40,656 nucleotides of DNA from a virus (IMGVR_UViG_3300010361_000021:1-40656); one strand, 5' to 3'; positions 16,779 through 25,444 are shown, numbered from the stretch's first letter. Program-made: numbers and translations. Notes: generated by a model not told the origin, from the sequence alone.

Positions 16779-18775
16779 CCGGGCATGGGCGTGGTCTGGG
16801 GCGGAATTGGTGCTGCGCCACCACCCACGCCCGGACCGCCGGGTGCCGGGTTGCCGACGCCCGCGGGCACCATGCCGGCCATCTCTTGCGGACTGGGGCC
16901 GGGTGTCTGCATCTGCGCGGCGATGATGGTGCCCAGTTTCTGGAAGGTCAGCTCGAGCAGTTTCTGCTGCACCGGTCCGGACTGTTTCATGTTTTGCAAG
17001 AGCCAGCTCTTTTCGACTTCGTCGGGATTACTCCCGGCGTCGCGACAGGCCTGTTCGTAGGTGATCAACTTGAGCTGCATCTTCTCGCCGATGGCGCGCG
17101 TCAGTACGACGTCATCCGACGGGGTGCTGACGTCGAGGTGGACGACGTAGCGATGTACGCCGCTCAGGTCGTCGGGACCGATGCCGATCCAGCCGGCGCG
17201 CGTCTGACCCGCGTACCGTCCGCGCTGGGCCGGCGGCCGCTCCTCGGCGAAGGCGTACACCGTCTCGCCGATTCGCCTCTCGATCAGCCAGGACTCAAAG
17301 CCGGCCCTGTCGGCGAGGCATTGTGAGACGTTGCCGACGATCGGGTCCCACTTCAGGCGCGCCAGAAACGCCTGCTGATTGAGCTGATAGCCGGACTGGG
17401 CGCCCGCGGCGCCGCCCCTGATGACTTCCGGTTGGGCCATCTGGGCCATGGTCTGGGCGTTCTGCAGAATCTTGTCGAGGTCCTGGCCCGCCTTGGGCTG
17501 TTCGACCGGGGCGATGTCGAAGGGGTAGATCATGCCCGGCTGCAGGCGCTGGCTGGCGTCCGTGTCGCGGTTGTCGTTGGCGTACGGTCCGACGCCGCCC
17601 TGGATACCGGGCACGCTGCCTGGCGGCTGGGTACGTTTGAACGCCGGCCAGCCTGTGAGGAAGGCAGAGTTGCCCTGCATGGTGAGCAGGCTGTCGATGA
17701 GCGGGAAGAGCATCAGGTAGCCGTACAGGATGCTCACGCTCTGGCGTTCGGGTAAGCGCGATGACGTGGTCAGACCGCGTGCCTGGAAATACGGACCGCG
17801 CAGGGTTTTCAGGACCGGGTCGCCGTAGCCGTGTTTGATGGTCCGCACGAGCGTGCCGCCCGAGAAGTGCGAGCTTGCCGAGGACGTCTGCCCCGGGCCT
17901 AACAGCACGATGGCGCACTGCTCGTAGTCCCACGCCTCGATGACCGTGATCTGGCGGTACTGTTGCATGACTCGCGGCCACTCGGCCCGCGCCAATGCCA
18001 TCGCTCGCGGGTCCAGGTTCTGCCATTCCGACGGGCTCAAGACCTTGCCGTCGCTGTCCAGGCCGGTGCCGAAGCGCGCGAGCGCCTCGAGGTACGGCAT
18101 GGTCTTGACCTCGACCACTGCGGTGAAACCGTTCTCGTTCTGGTTGTAGAAGACCGTCTCGGGCGGCAGGTCGGTGGTGGCGATCGGGTACGGCGCTAGC
18201 AGTTTGAGCTCTTCGGTCTGTTTGTCGAACAGGCGCCGCTGGGCGTCGGTGTCGTACTCCTGCTCGGCCATGATCTCTTCTTCCATGGCCTGCACCTGGC
18301 TCGAGTACTCGCGCCACGCTGAGTTGGCGCGGTTGATCGTCTTCAGCCAGCCCTCGCCTTTCGACACCGCGGCGTGCATCAACGATCGCAGGATCGGTCG
18401 CCGCGAGTCCTGCTCCTGACGGTGCCAGGACGCGTCGAAGAAGTGCTCTCTGAGCGTGGCGTTCTGCTGCGCGGCGTCGCCGAACGCCGTCGGGTGGTAC
18501 TGCACCGTGGGTGGGTTGGCGCAGAGCGCCGACACGGTGGTGTCGACGATGTCGATGGCCAGCGGGTTGCGCATTTCCAGTGCCGTCTTCCTGTACGCCT
18601 CGGGAATTTCCACGTACGTGTCCTGGTAGATCACGCTGTCGATGAGCGCGTACAGCTGGTTCCTGAGCCTGAATCTGATCCGCAGGTCGTTGGCCAGGTC
18701 GAGCGTCTGGCCCAGTAATCTGCTCTCTCCCTGACTCGGTGCGCTGAAGCCTCGCAGCGGGGTAGCGACCGCCAT
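16676..18775 (-). CDS. Portal protein
   Basis: About 699 aa, downstream of TerL, TGATG-coupled start MAVATP, Pro/Gly-rich tail; assigned by size, position and general character. Confidence 0.78.
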   Translation of the reverse strand: MAVATPLRGFSAPSQGESRLLGQTLDLANDLRIRFRLRNQLYALIDSVIYQDTYVEIPEAYRKTALEMRNPLAIDIVDTTVSALCANPPTVQYHPTAFGDAAQQNATLREHFFDASWHRQEQDSRRPILRSLMHAAVSKGEGWLKTINRANSAWREYSSQVQAMEEEIMAEQEYDTDAQRRLFDKQTEELKLLAPYPIATTDLPPETVFYNQNENGFTAVVEVKTMPYLEALARFGTGLDSDGKVLSPSEWQNLDPRAMALARAEWPRVMQQYRQITVIEAWDYEQCAIVLLGPGQTSSASSHFSGGTLVRTIKHGYGDPVLKTLRGPYFQARGLTTSSRLPERQSVSILYGYLMLFPLIDSLLTMQGNSAFLTGWPAFKRTQPPGSVPGIQGGVGPYANDNRDTDASQRLQPGMIYPFDIAPVEQPKAGQDLDKILQNAQTMAQMAQPEVIRGGAAGAQSGYQLNQQAFLARLKWDPIVGNVSQCLADRAGFESWLIERRIGETVYAFAEERPPAQRGRYAGQTRAGWIGIGPDDLSGVHRYVVHLDVSTPSDDVVLTRAIGEKMQLKLITYEQACRDAGSNPDEVEKSWLLQNMKQSGPVQQKLLELTFQKLGTIIAAQMQTPGPSPQEMAGMVPAGVGNPAPGGPGVGGGAAPIPPQTTPMPGYGMPTTPPALGPGPGAFPGQPASPTMPGPTGAG

Positions 18776-19041
18776 CAGTCTGTCTCGAGGTCCTCGTCGC
18801 TCACGTCCGAGCGGACACCGATCCACACTTCGCGGATGTCGTCGTAGTCGCGCAGCCCGTAGCTCACGTCGCCGTTCTTGCAGTGGAACGTGACGATACC
18901 GTCACCACGGCTCAGAAAACGCGGGTCGGCGTGCTCGAGGAACTGGTCAGCGATCTCGATCACGGGGTCAGCTTGCACGAGGTAAATGGCATCGTCGTCC
19001 AGGTCCACGCCCGGGCCAGTCACGCGACGAAACGATGCCAC
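18775..19041 (-). CDS. Hypothetical protein (88 aa)
   Basis: GTG start 2 nt after the TerL stop (VASFRRVTG...EDLETD); the real part of track ORF 18775..20433. Confidence 0.65.
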   Translation of the reverse strand: MASFRRVTGPGVDLDDDAIYLVQADPVIEIADQFLEHADPRFLSRGDGIVTFHCKNGDVSYGLRDYDDIREVWIGVRSDVSDEDLETD

Positions 19042-19043
19042 GC

Positions 19044-20417
19044 CTATCCGAAGACGGCGCGCTGGATCGGGGGAGGCGCCGGTAACGCCTCGGTGCACAA
19101 TCCGTAACGTAGCGCATCGACGGCGTGGTCGGAAACCTCTTTCGTGCCGCGTGTCTGCAAGGTATCCTCGGGATCGAGTGGATCGCGCACCAGTGCCGGC
19201 AATTCGCGCTCGAGGTTCGGACACGCGCCGCGGAAAATCCTGAATCTGGGTTGATCCTCGTCGTCGTGCGCCAGCGCGCGGCGCACGATCGCCCAGCCCT
19301 GCTTGCGGTTGTTCTGGCCAGGGAAGATGCCCTGGCTGGTCAGGCGTGCCAGGCCGCGGTCGGCGTAGACCTGCGCGATGCTGGGCCGTCGCTGCTCGCT
19401 GCGTGGGTTGAACATGCTCGGGTCGAGCACGATCTGCAGCAGGTCCTCGTCGCCGGTGCGCATCTTGATCACGTCGGCCTGCTGCTCGTCTCTGAGACCG
19501 GCACTGTACGCCTCGCCGTAGCAATACACCGTGCGCGTCTCGGGGTCGCGCGTGAGCCATAGCGCGCAGAACGGCACCGCGAAGCCGTAGTCGACCGCGA
19601 CCCAGCGCGGCCAGTGTGACGGGATGGGAAAGCCGGGCACGACGTGAAGCGCGGGATCCCAGCTTGGGAAGAACATGCCCTCGGCCGCCACCCAGAGACC
19701 GAGTCGCAGGCGCTTGTGCAGGTAGCCGGTCAAACTGTCGAGCGTCTTCAGGTACTGCGTGCCGAAGTCGGTCCAGTCGTCTGTGGCGTGGTCGTACAGT
19801 TGCGGGTTGTCCTCGTGGTGCGACTCGAGCAACGTAGTTGCTCCTTCGTCGACGCGCACCTTGAGCCAGTGATTCGGATAACTGGGGTTGCAGTCGGCGA
19901 GGAGCTGCTGATAGCTGAGCGCGTTGTTCCTGAGCCTGGTCAGCAGAATCTGCCAGTCCTGCTCTTCGAGTTCGGTGGCCTCCTGCACGTAGATCAGGTC
20001 GAAGTCGGTGGACAAAACCTTGCGCGGGTCGTCGAGCCCGGCGACGACGACTCTTGAGCCATTCGGGTAGCGAAACTCCTGGTCTTCGTGGTGAAACCAG
20101 ATCGCGTTGGGTGGTGGCGGCAGCACTTTGTCGTTGAAGGTGACGAGCGCGGCCTGCGTCAGCGCCGTACGCAGTTTGCGGACGATCGCGCCGCGGATGG
20201 GCGTCTGGCTGGCGGCCAGGTCGAGCTTCTGCAGACACGCCATGCTCTTGCCGGTGCCGCTGGGACCACTGAGCAGCACCTCGCGATCGTGGTTGCGCAT
20301 CAGCTCGCGCGCGGCACCAAAGGGCTGGTAGACGGGTCGCTTGCCGACGCCGGGGCCGAGGCGCTTGCCGCGCAGGGTGCCATCGCGCGCAAGAGCGGGT
20401 GCTGTCGCGACAGGCAT
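19044..20417 (-). CDS. terL: Terminase large subunit (PBSX-like)
   Basis: Walker A GPSGTGKS, Walker B LIYVQE, DCNP coupling motif, nuclease motifs AVDYGF and DHAVDALRY. Confidence 0.93.
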   Translation of the reverse strand: MPVATAPALARDGTLRGKRLGPGVGKRPVYQPFGAARELMRNHDREVLLSGPSGTGKSMACLQKLDLAASQTPIRGAIVRKLRTALTQAALVTFNDKVLPPPPNAIWFHHEDQEFRYPNGSRVVVAGLDDPRKVLSTDFDLIYVQEATELEEQDWQILLTRLRNNALSYQQLLADCNPSYPNHWLKVRVDEGATTLLESHHEDNPQLYDHATDDWTDFGTQYLKTLDSLTGYLHKRLRLGLWVAAEGMFFPSWDPALHVVPGFPIPSHWPRWVAVDYGFAVPFCALWLTRDPETRTVYCYGEAYSAGLRDEQQADVIKMRTGDEDLLQIVLDPSMFNPRSEQRRPSIAQVYADRGLARLTSQGIFPGQNNRKQGWAIVRRALAHDDEDQPRFRIFRGACPNLERELPALVRDPLDPEDTLQTRGTKEVSDHAVDALRYGLCTEALPAPPPIQRAVFG

Positions 20418-20418
20418 A

Positions 20419-20450
20419 GAAAAAGCGCCTCAAGGATACCTTGAGGCGCT
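20419..20450 (-). terminator. Intrinsic terminator immediately before the terL start codon
   Basis: AGCGCCTCAAGG-tat-CCTTGAGGCGCT perfect 12-bp inverted repeat followed by a T run on the minus strand. Confidence 0.75.
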
Positions 20451-20468
20451 AGCGTGCTCAGAATCGCG

Positions 20469-20690
20469 TCAGAGCGCGTGGAGCAAGCCGATCAGGGTAG
20501 ATAGCATGTCCCAGATCAGGACGATTGGTAGCACGGTGGCGAGAACGCCGAAGATGATCAGGACTACGCCGATGAACGCGTAGTGCAGCGCCTTTTTGAC
20601 CGGGTGGGTGGGCACCCGGAAGCTGGTGATCTGCACGTCTGCGGGTACAAGGTTGTCTGGGCCGTACGGCCGGCCGGTGGGATCGATCAT
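20469..20690 (-). CDS. Small membrane protein (73 aa)
   Basis: MIDPTGRPY start (ATGA overlap); long hydrophobic C-terminus. Confidence 0.65.
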   Translation of the reverse strand: MIDPTGRPYGPDNLVPADVQITSFRVPTHPVKKALHYAFIGVVLIIFGVLATVLPIVLIWDMLSTLIGLLHAL

Positions 20691-20917
20691 GACACGCTCG
20701 CCTTGCGACCGATGCGCGGCAACGCATCGATGCCCTCGGGATTCCAATAGTGCAGGTAATCGAGCTGATCCAGCGCGAGTTTGAGAAAGCTCGGCAAGTC
20801 TGAGGCGCCGGATTCCCAGCGGTAGACGGTGACTTTGTCGACGTCCAGCAGGTCGCCGAGCTGCGCTTGCGTCAGCCAGCGTGTGCGCCGCCAGTCGCGC
20901 AGTTCGAGGCGGTTCAT
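20687..20917 (-). CDS. Xre-family HTH protein
   Basis: LRDWRRTRWLTQAQLGDLLDVDKVTVYRWESG is a canonical HTH_3 pattern. Confidence 0.85.
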   Translation of the reverse strand: MNRLELRDWRRTRWLTQAQLGDLLDVDKVTVYRWESGASDLPSFLKLALDQLDYLHYWNPEGIDALPRIGRKASVS

Positions 20918-21135
20918 GGCACGTACACCTCGTGGGCGTACACCGTGACTTCGGATCCGTCCGGCGCGCGGCACACGAGCATGGGTTCCACGCGCAGCAC
21001 TTCGAGCACGGTCTGGGCGCTGTCCAGGAGCGCGATGACACGCGCGCCTGGCACGAGTGCTTGCCGGTCGATGTCGACCGGCAGATTGAGTGTGACGTCG
21101 CTCGTGACGACGTCCGCGGGAAGTTGATCAGACAT
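20914..21135 (-). CDS. Hypothetical protein (73 aa)
   Basis: MSDQLPAD start with GAGGAG RBS; ATGA overlap with the HTH gene. Confidence 0.65.
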   Translation of the reverse strand: MSDQLPADVVTSDVTLNLPVDIDRQALVPGARVIALLDSAQTVLEVLRVEPMLVCRAPDGSEVTVYAHEVYVP

Positions 21136-21149
21136 GGGGACTCTCCTCG

Positions 21150-21410
21150 TTATGGAATGCGCGACTGGCACATATCGCAGTCGCAATAGGGACCGGGGTG
21201 GATCGTTGGCGTGCCATCCGGGCGAACGCCCAGCATGCGTTGCAGTGTGATTTCGCCCAAGCCGAGTTGCCGGCGGCCGGTGTAGTGATGCGCGAGGCAA
21301 TGCTCGCATTTGCGATTGACGGTGGCACCGCTGCCGCGTACGGGAGTGCTATGCCCGCACGCGTAGTGGATGAATTGCATCGGCCGGCCGTTGCCGGGTC
21401 GCTCGCTCAT
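21150..21410 (-). CDS. Cys-rich hypothetical protein (86 aa)
   Basis: CGH...CEHC and CDCDMC motifs; ATGA-coupled start. Confidence 0.55.
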   Translation of the reverse strand: MSERPGNGRPMQFIHYACGHSTPVRGSGATVNRKCEHCLAHHYTGRRQLGLGEITLQRMLGVRPDGTPTIHPGPYCDCDMCQSRIP

Positions 21411-21565
21411 GACCGGGCCTCGACTTTCTCGCGCAAGTCGACGATAAGCGCCAGCATGCTGAAGAGTGTGTCTTCGGTTTTCTCATCGCCGATGGCCAGG
21501 ATTTGACGCCGGATCTCGCGCTCAAGCTCGCGCACAGCACCGGTGCTCAACGTTGTGGTGTTCAT
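21407..21565 (-). CDS. Hypothetical protein (52 aa)
   Basis: Hand translation MNTTTLSTGAVRELEREIRRQ...EARS with GAGGAG RBS. Confidence 0.6.
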   Translation of the reverse strand: MNTTTLSTGAVRELEREIRRQILAIGDEKTEDTLFSMLALIVDLREKVEARS

Positions 21566-21600
21566 GGGTGGGACTTCTCCTCAGAGTGAACGCTCCGAGC

Positions 21601-22461
21601 CTACGCGGCCCGGGCCAGATCGATTCGGAACGCGTCAAGCGCGACCACAAAACCGGACGTATCGCGTTTGGCCGGGCCTTTGGCCTTGAGACCGACGACG
21701 ACGCCGGCCGGGTCAAGGAATCGCAAGTCGTCGTGATCGCCTTTCACGACCGGGCGACCGTGATACGTGAGACCGTCCGGGAATTCGTGTTTGCACGCGC
21801 ACTTGCACGCGCAGATGTTGGCGACAATGGCGACATTCCCGCCGGCGTTGAGCACGCGTTCGCAGTCGAGTTCGTTGGTTTCGCTCCGGCTGAACGTGAG
21901 GTGATAGTTGGCCGGGTGTTCGCCATGGGCGTTGGCAAGCGCGCGTTCTACGCTCTTCGTGTAGTCGTAGAATTGAATGGTGGGAAAGGTTTCGAACACG
22001 GTCCGGCCATCGTTGAGCCGGTAGTGCTCCCATGGCACGTCACTTGTGCCGTTGAGGCGCACGACCGGGATCAAACCCTTACGGATGGCGCGTCGGATGT
22101 GCGCCTCAATGGCGCGTACGAGAATTGCCTTGAAGGCAAACCGGTTCTTGCGCATGGCGACCGAACGCGCGATGCGCGCGCGCTGCACGGCGTTGAGTCC
22201 TAGCGCGTCAAGGTTGATACCGCCGTGGCCGGCGAGGTTCAGGCAACCGGCGATGCACCCGGCCGATGCGTCCGGGCAGAGGTTCGCACCGGACAGTTTG
22301 TGTGGCGCAAGGTGGAGAATGGCTGTCGCATAGCCACGCGCGCGACCTTTTTTCGTCTTGGGGTTATAGCCATCGGGCGTGAGCGTGTCGCAAAAGCCGA
22401 GCACGGCCTTGCAGTACTCGCGCGAGTAGGTCACTTGGGCTGGTTTGCGCTCCGGGTTCAT
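21601..22461 (-). CDS. Gp88-like phage protein
   Basis: LCPDASAGCIAGCL, RLNGTSD, FYDYTK, NYHLTFS and GDHDDLRFLD motifs, which I associate with Gp88-type phage proteins; start MNPERK is ATGA-coupled. Confidence 0.7.
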   Translation of the reverse strand: MNPERKPAQVTYSREYCKAVLGFCDTLTPDGYNPKTKKGRARGYATAILHLAPHKLSGANLCPDASAGCIAGCLNLAGHGGINLDALGLNAVQRARIARSVAMRKNRFAFKAILVRAIEAHIRRAIRKGLIPVVRLNGTSDVPWEHYRLNDGRTVFETFPTIQFYDYTKSVERALANAHGEHPANYHLTFSRSETNELDCERVLNAGGNVAIVANICACKCACKHEFPDGLTYHGRPVVKGDHDDLRFLDPAGVVVGLKAKGPAKRDTSGFVVALDAFRIDLARAA

Positions 22462-22703
22462 GAATGCGTCTCCCATGCGACCGATGCGCCAACGTGATAC
22501 ACACTGGCGTTGATTGAACCAACCTGATAGGTGGTATGTGGCGCGTCGGTCAGCATGTAGTTCCGGGTGCCAGTCTTCACAACTCGCGCATAGAACGAAT
22601 TGTGGTTAGGTTGTGGCCGGCTATCGTCCACAAAATCGAATGTTTGGCCGATTAGAAGATGACGAAACCGGAGTGGCCCGTCCGATACGTTGGGATTCTG
22701 CAT
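22458..22703 (-). CDS. Hypothetical protein (81 aa), first gene of the operon
   Basis: ATG 7 nt after TATAGT (leaderless); MQNPNVSDG...WETHS. Confidence 0.6.
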   Translation of the reverse strand: MQNPNVSDGPLRFRHLLIGQTFDFVDDSRPQPNHNSFYARVVKTGTRNYMLTDAPHTTYQVGSINASVYHVGASVAWETHS

Positions 22704-22710
22704 GCCAGTC

Positions 22711-22739
22711 ACTATATGCAGTCTGCAGTCTCCATGCAA
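22711..22739 (-). promoter_or_regulatory. Strong sigma70/SigA-type promoter
   Basis: TTGCAT, 17-nt spacer, TATAGT. Confidence 0.7.
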
Positions 22740-22878
22740 TAATCCGCAGTGAACATTCCGTTGCGAGAGTGTTAAATCCTGGAGGGCCGCTAAAAGCTCC
22801 ACCGTGACCATGGCGACACCGGGTGCGTGCATTCCACGTCGCTCACATGCGCGCAATCCTTTGACGGTTCGCACATCC

Positions 22879-22952
22879 GACATCGCTTGCCACGTCCGAC
22901 ATCGACGACATTGCTTGCCATTGCAGACATCGTTTGCCATCCGCTGACATCG
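22879..22952. repeat. Direct repeats GACATYGYTTGCCA x3 plus GACATCG x2
   Basis: Full copies at 22879, 22907 and 22926; partial copies at 22898 and 22946; non-coding region upstream of terS. Confidence 0.8.
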
Positions 22953-23166
22953 GTCGCTGCTGTCAGCTGTCGCTTGCGAGCTTGCTTGCTGGCACTGCAG
23001 TCGCGGCGATCCTCAGCAGCGCCGCCACCCCCCATGCCCGGCTGAGCGCAGCCGTCGCCGAGCGCTGCCCGGGACTCGAAGCGATGGTCGCGCGCGCATG
23101 GATTTCGACCTGTGGAGGTCGATTTTGAACTCGTACGCGCGCGCACCGGCGGTCTAGACTCGCAAT

Positions 23167-23652
23167 ATGAGCACACCTCGCAAGCCGAATCCGCCACCGG
23201 GGCCGCGACAGACGGCCTATCCGAACCTGCGGCGTGGTGGGCGACCACCGAAGCTGCCGCCCGAGTCGGAGCAGAAGGAGTGGTATTTCAAAGGCTTCGC
23301 GGAAGACTGCACGCTCACGAGCGGATGCCTGTCTGCGCGGGTGGATACATCGACGGTGTACCGCTGGCGGGAGATGGACGACACGTTCGTGCTCAGAGAG
23401 AACCAGCTACGTGGCGAGATGGCGGATCGGCTCGAGAAGGAGTCGCTGCGGCGCGCGTACGTGGGCTGGGACCGTCCGATCTACCAGAGGGGGGTGCTGT
23501 GCGGGTATGAGCGGGTGTACTCGGACACGCTGATGAAGATGTGGTTGAGCGCGCTCAGGCCCGAGAAGTTCCGTGAGAACGTGAACGTGAGCGGCCAGGT
23601 GGAGCAGATCGTCAGGCAGGTGGCCGGCTTCGACGCGACAGAGGTGCTCTGA
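23167..23652 (+). CDS. terS: Terminase small subunit-like protein
   Basis: HTH-like VDTSTVYRWRE..D..F, LEKESLRRA..G and YSDTLMKMWLSALRPEKFRE patterns typical of small terminases; TAGACT 6 nt before the ATG. Confidence 0.75.
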   Translation: MSTPRKPNPPPGPRQTAYPNLRRGGRPPKLPPESEQKEWYFKGFAEDCTLTSGCLSARVDTSTVYRWREMDDTFVLRENQLRGEMADRLEKESLRRAYVGWDRPIYQRGVLCGYERVYSDTLMKMWLSALRPEKFRENVNVSGQVEQIVRQVAGFDATEVL

Positions 23653-23678
23653 CGCACGCGTGACGGACGGGCGGGAAG

Positions 23679-23737
23679 TGCTCGCGGCAGAGCCAGCGCA
23701 GGCAGGTCGTGCAGAAGAAGTTGGCTTGCCGCGAGCA
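23679..23737. terminator. Long stem-loop between convergent genes
   Basis: TGCTCGCGGCA/TGCCGCGAGCA stem extended by AGCCAGC/GTTGGCT; no clear U tract. Confidence 0.45.
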
Positions 23738-23767
23738 GAGGGCGCACTGCTTTAACAAAATCGCGAC

Positions 23768-24070
23768 TCAGCTCAACGTCGGAAACGCCCGCAAGCGCGC
23801 GACCAGGTCGGGGTTGAGGTGATGTGGGTAGAGCGAGTCGGGGCCGACGTCCCACAGGGTGAGTTGTGCGCCGATCTCGACCGGAAGGCGACCGCGGAGT
23901 CGAGCGTCGAGCAGGACGACGCGGTCGGCCCAGGCGTAGAGCATCGACAGCGTCGATTCGCTGTGACGGTTGAGACCGACGGGGATGACCTCGTGGCCCT
24001 GGTGCTGTAGCAGCCAGCGCGCTGCGACCGAACGGTTGATGCCGTGCTCGCAGATGGTCAGGACACGCAT
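23768..24070 (-). CDS. LMW phosphatase/ArsC-like CX5R protein (100 aa)
   Basis: MRVLTICEHGINRS: beta strand plus C-x5-R-S P-loop; WADRVVLLD; the real part of track ORF 23768..24787. Confidence 0.7.
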   Translation of the reverse strand: MRVLTICEHGINRSVAARWLLQHQGHEVIPVGLNRHSESTLSMLYAWADRVVLLDARLRGRLPVEIGAQLTLWDVGPDSLYPHHLNPDLVARLRAFPTLS

Positions 24071-24330
24071 GCGACAATCTCTGCGCGCAGTGGGGCTTCC
24101 TGGCTCTGTAGGGACTCTGCTCGGGAGGCTCCGCTGCGCAGCTCCCAGAGCAGCCGCATCAGGCCCGAGCGTTTGATGGCGGCGTACTCGCGCTGCCGGC
24201 GGTAGTCCACGGCGCGCGAGTAGCGCTGAACTTGCAACATCTGCTCGATCATCTGGTCGAACTGCAGCATGCGCAGCGCCAGGCTGCGGATCTCGGAGAC
24301 GAGCTCGAGCTCGTGATCGGTGACGGTCAT
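24058..24330 (-). CDS. Hypothetical protein (90 aa)
   Basis: ATGA-coupled to the nuclease gene; helical composition. Confidence 0.6.
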   Translation of the reverse strand: MTVTDHELELVSEIRSLALRMLQFDQMIEQMLQVQRYSRAVDYRRQREYAAIKRSGLMRLLWELRSGASRAESLQSQEAPLRAEIVACVS

Positions 24331-25091
24331 AGACGAATCCTCCGCTGGTGGGTGTCGTCACACACGTGCTCGTGCGACCAGCGCTCGCCACACTCGGGAC
24401 ACGCGCCGTGCTGGCCACTGCAGACGAAGTCGCCCGCGGCGACCCGCGCGGCGATGGTCTCCATGCGGCGCCAGGCGTCGTACTGCCACGCCAGGTACTG
24501 GTCCGCTGACCACTTCCGACGGAAGCGCTCGAGGCTTCCCGTGAAACGGTTGAGCACGATGTACTCGAAGGCTGGCCAGCGGTCGGTCTCCTCCCAGGCT
24601 GCCCACGGGTAGAGCACCGGCTGCCACGTCTCTGCCTGAGCGCGCTCCTGCGACCACAGGCCACGGGTGGTCTTGAAGTCGAAGATGACGCCCTCGGGGT
24701 AGGCCTCGCTCTCGCGCTGGTCCCACAGATCCATGGCGCCGACGATCGGCGCGCCGAGTTCGTAGTTGGTGTCGATCGAAAAGCCACGCTCAGGCGTGCC
24801 GGCTAGGTTCAGGTCGAAGACCTGCTGCAGCAGGCACAAGCCTGTCGCCGTCAGCCCACGACTGACGCGGCCGTCCAGCTCGAGCGTCATCTGCTTCCAG
24901 GCTGCTCGGAAGGCGCGCTCGCCGTCCTCGCCGTTGTAGTGGGCTTCCAGCCCCATGTGGACGGCCTGTCCGAAGGACAAGGCTTCCGTTGGCTCGATGG
25001 CCACGCCGTCGACGTAGCGCTCCTTGAAGGACGCCGGGCACTGCTCGAAGAGCATGAAGCGCGTCGCCGACCAGTGCGGCATGATGCTCAT
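24327..25091 (-). CDS. Cas4/RecB-like PD-(D/E)XK exonuclease
   Basis: WSATRFMLFEQCP, FGQAVH, GAMDL, IFDFKT, QPVLY and C-terminal C..CPEC. Confidence 0.88.
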   Translation of the reverse strand: MSIMPHWSATRFMLFEQCPASFKERYVDGVAIEPTEALSFGQAVHMGLEAHYNGEDGERAFRAAWKQMTLELDGRVSRGLTATGLCLLQQVFDLNLAGTPERGFSIDTNYELGAPIVGAMDLWDQRESEAYPEGVIFDFKTTRGLWSQERAQAETWQPVLYPWAAWEETDRWPAFEYIVLNRFTGSLERFRRKWSADQYLAWQYDAWRRMETIAARVAAGDFVCSGQHGACPECGERWSHEHVCDDTHQRRIRL

Positions 25092-25267
25092 CGCTTCGCC
25101 TCCGAGGCGATCCTGGCCCAGCCCGAGGGCGCGCCGCGAGCGGGAATCGAAAACCAGGAGCCGTCCTCGGGGTCCTGGACATTGAGCCAGCCACGCTCGC
25201 GCGCCCAGATGATTCTGGGTGGCCAGCGCTCAGCGCCGGGCTGGGTCTGTGGCGATTTCGTTGGCAT
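25088..25267 (-). CDS. Hypothetical protein (59 aa)
   Basis: Hand translation MPTKSPQ...WARERGWLNVQDPEDGSWFSIPA...; ATGA overlap with the nuclease gene. Confidence 0.55.
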   Translation of the reverse strand: MPTKSPQTQPGAERWPPRIIWARERGWLNVQDPEDGSWFSIPARGAPSGWARIASEAKR

Positions 25268-25400
25268 CGAGACGCATCATTTCGAGGTCATCTGGGTTCA
25301 GGTCATGCACGTTGGCGTACATGCCGATCAGCAATTCGAGCGCGTGCGCGATGCGGTCGAGGGTCGCGAGGAGTTGAGCGTTGTGGTCTTGCGTGGGCAT
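25230..25400 (-). CDS. Hypothetical protein (56 aa)
   Basis: MPTQDHNAQLLATLDRIAHALELL with GAGGA RBS. Confidence 0.6.
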   Translation of the reverse strand: MPTQDHNAQLLATLDRIAHALELLIGMYANVHDLNPDDLEMMRLDANEIATDPARR

Positions 25401-25444
25401 GTGTGTCCTCTATGTCCCGGGTTAAGATGTGGAAACCGGACGCA

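Noticed and set aside
18775-20433. 552-aa ORF overlapping terL
   Set aside because: Only the last 88 codons look like a gene; the rest is an alternative frame of terL.
22458-23510. Track ORFs spanning the repeat region (22790..23248, 22827..23045, 22934..23128, 23112..23510)
   Set aside because: No RBS or motifs, and they overlap the promoter/repeat region or terS.
24327-25091. Cas4-like gene as evidence of a CRISPR system
   Set aside because: No repeat-spacer array or other cas genes; solo Cas4/RecB-like nucleases are common in phage replication modules.
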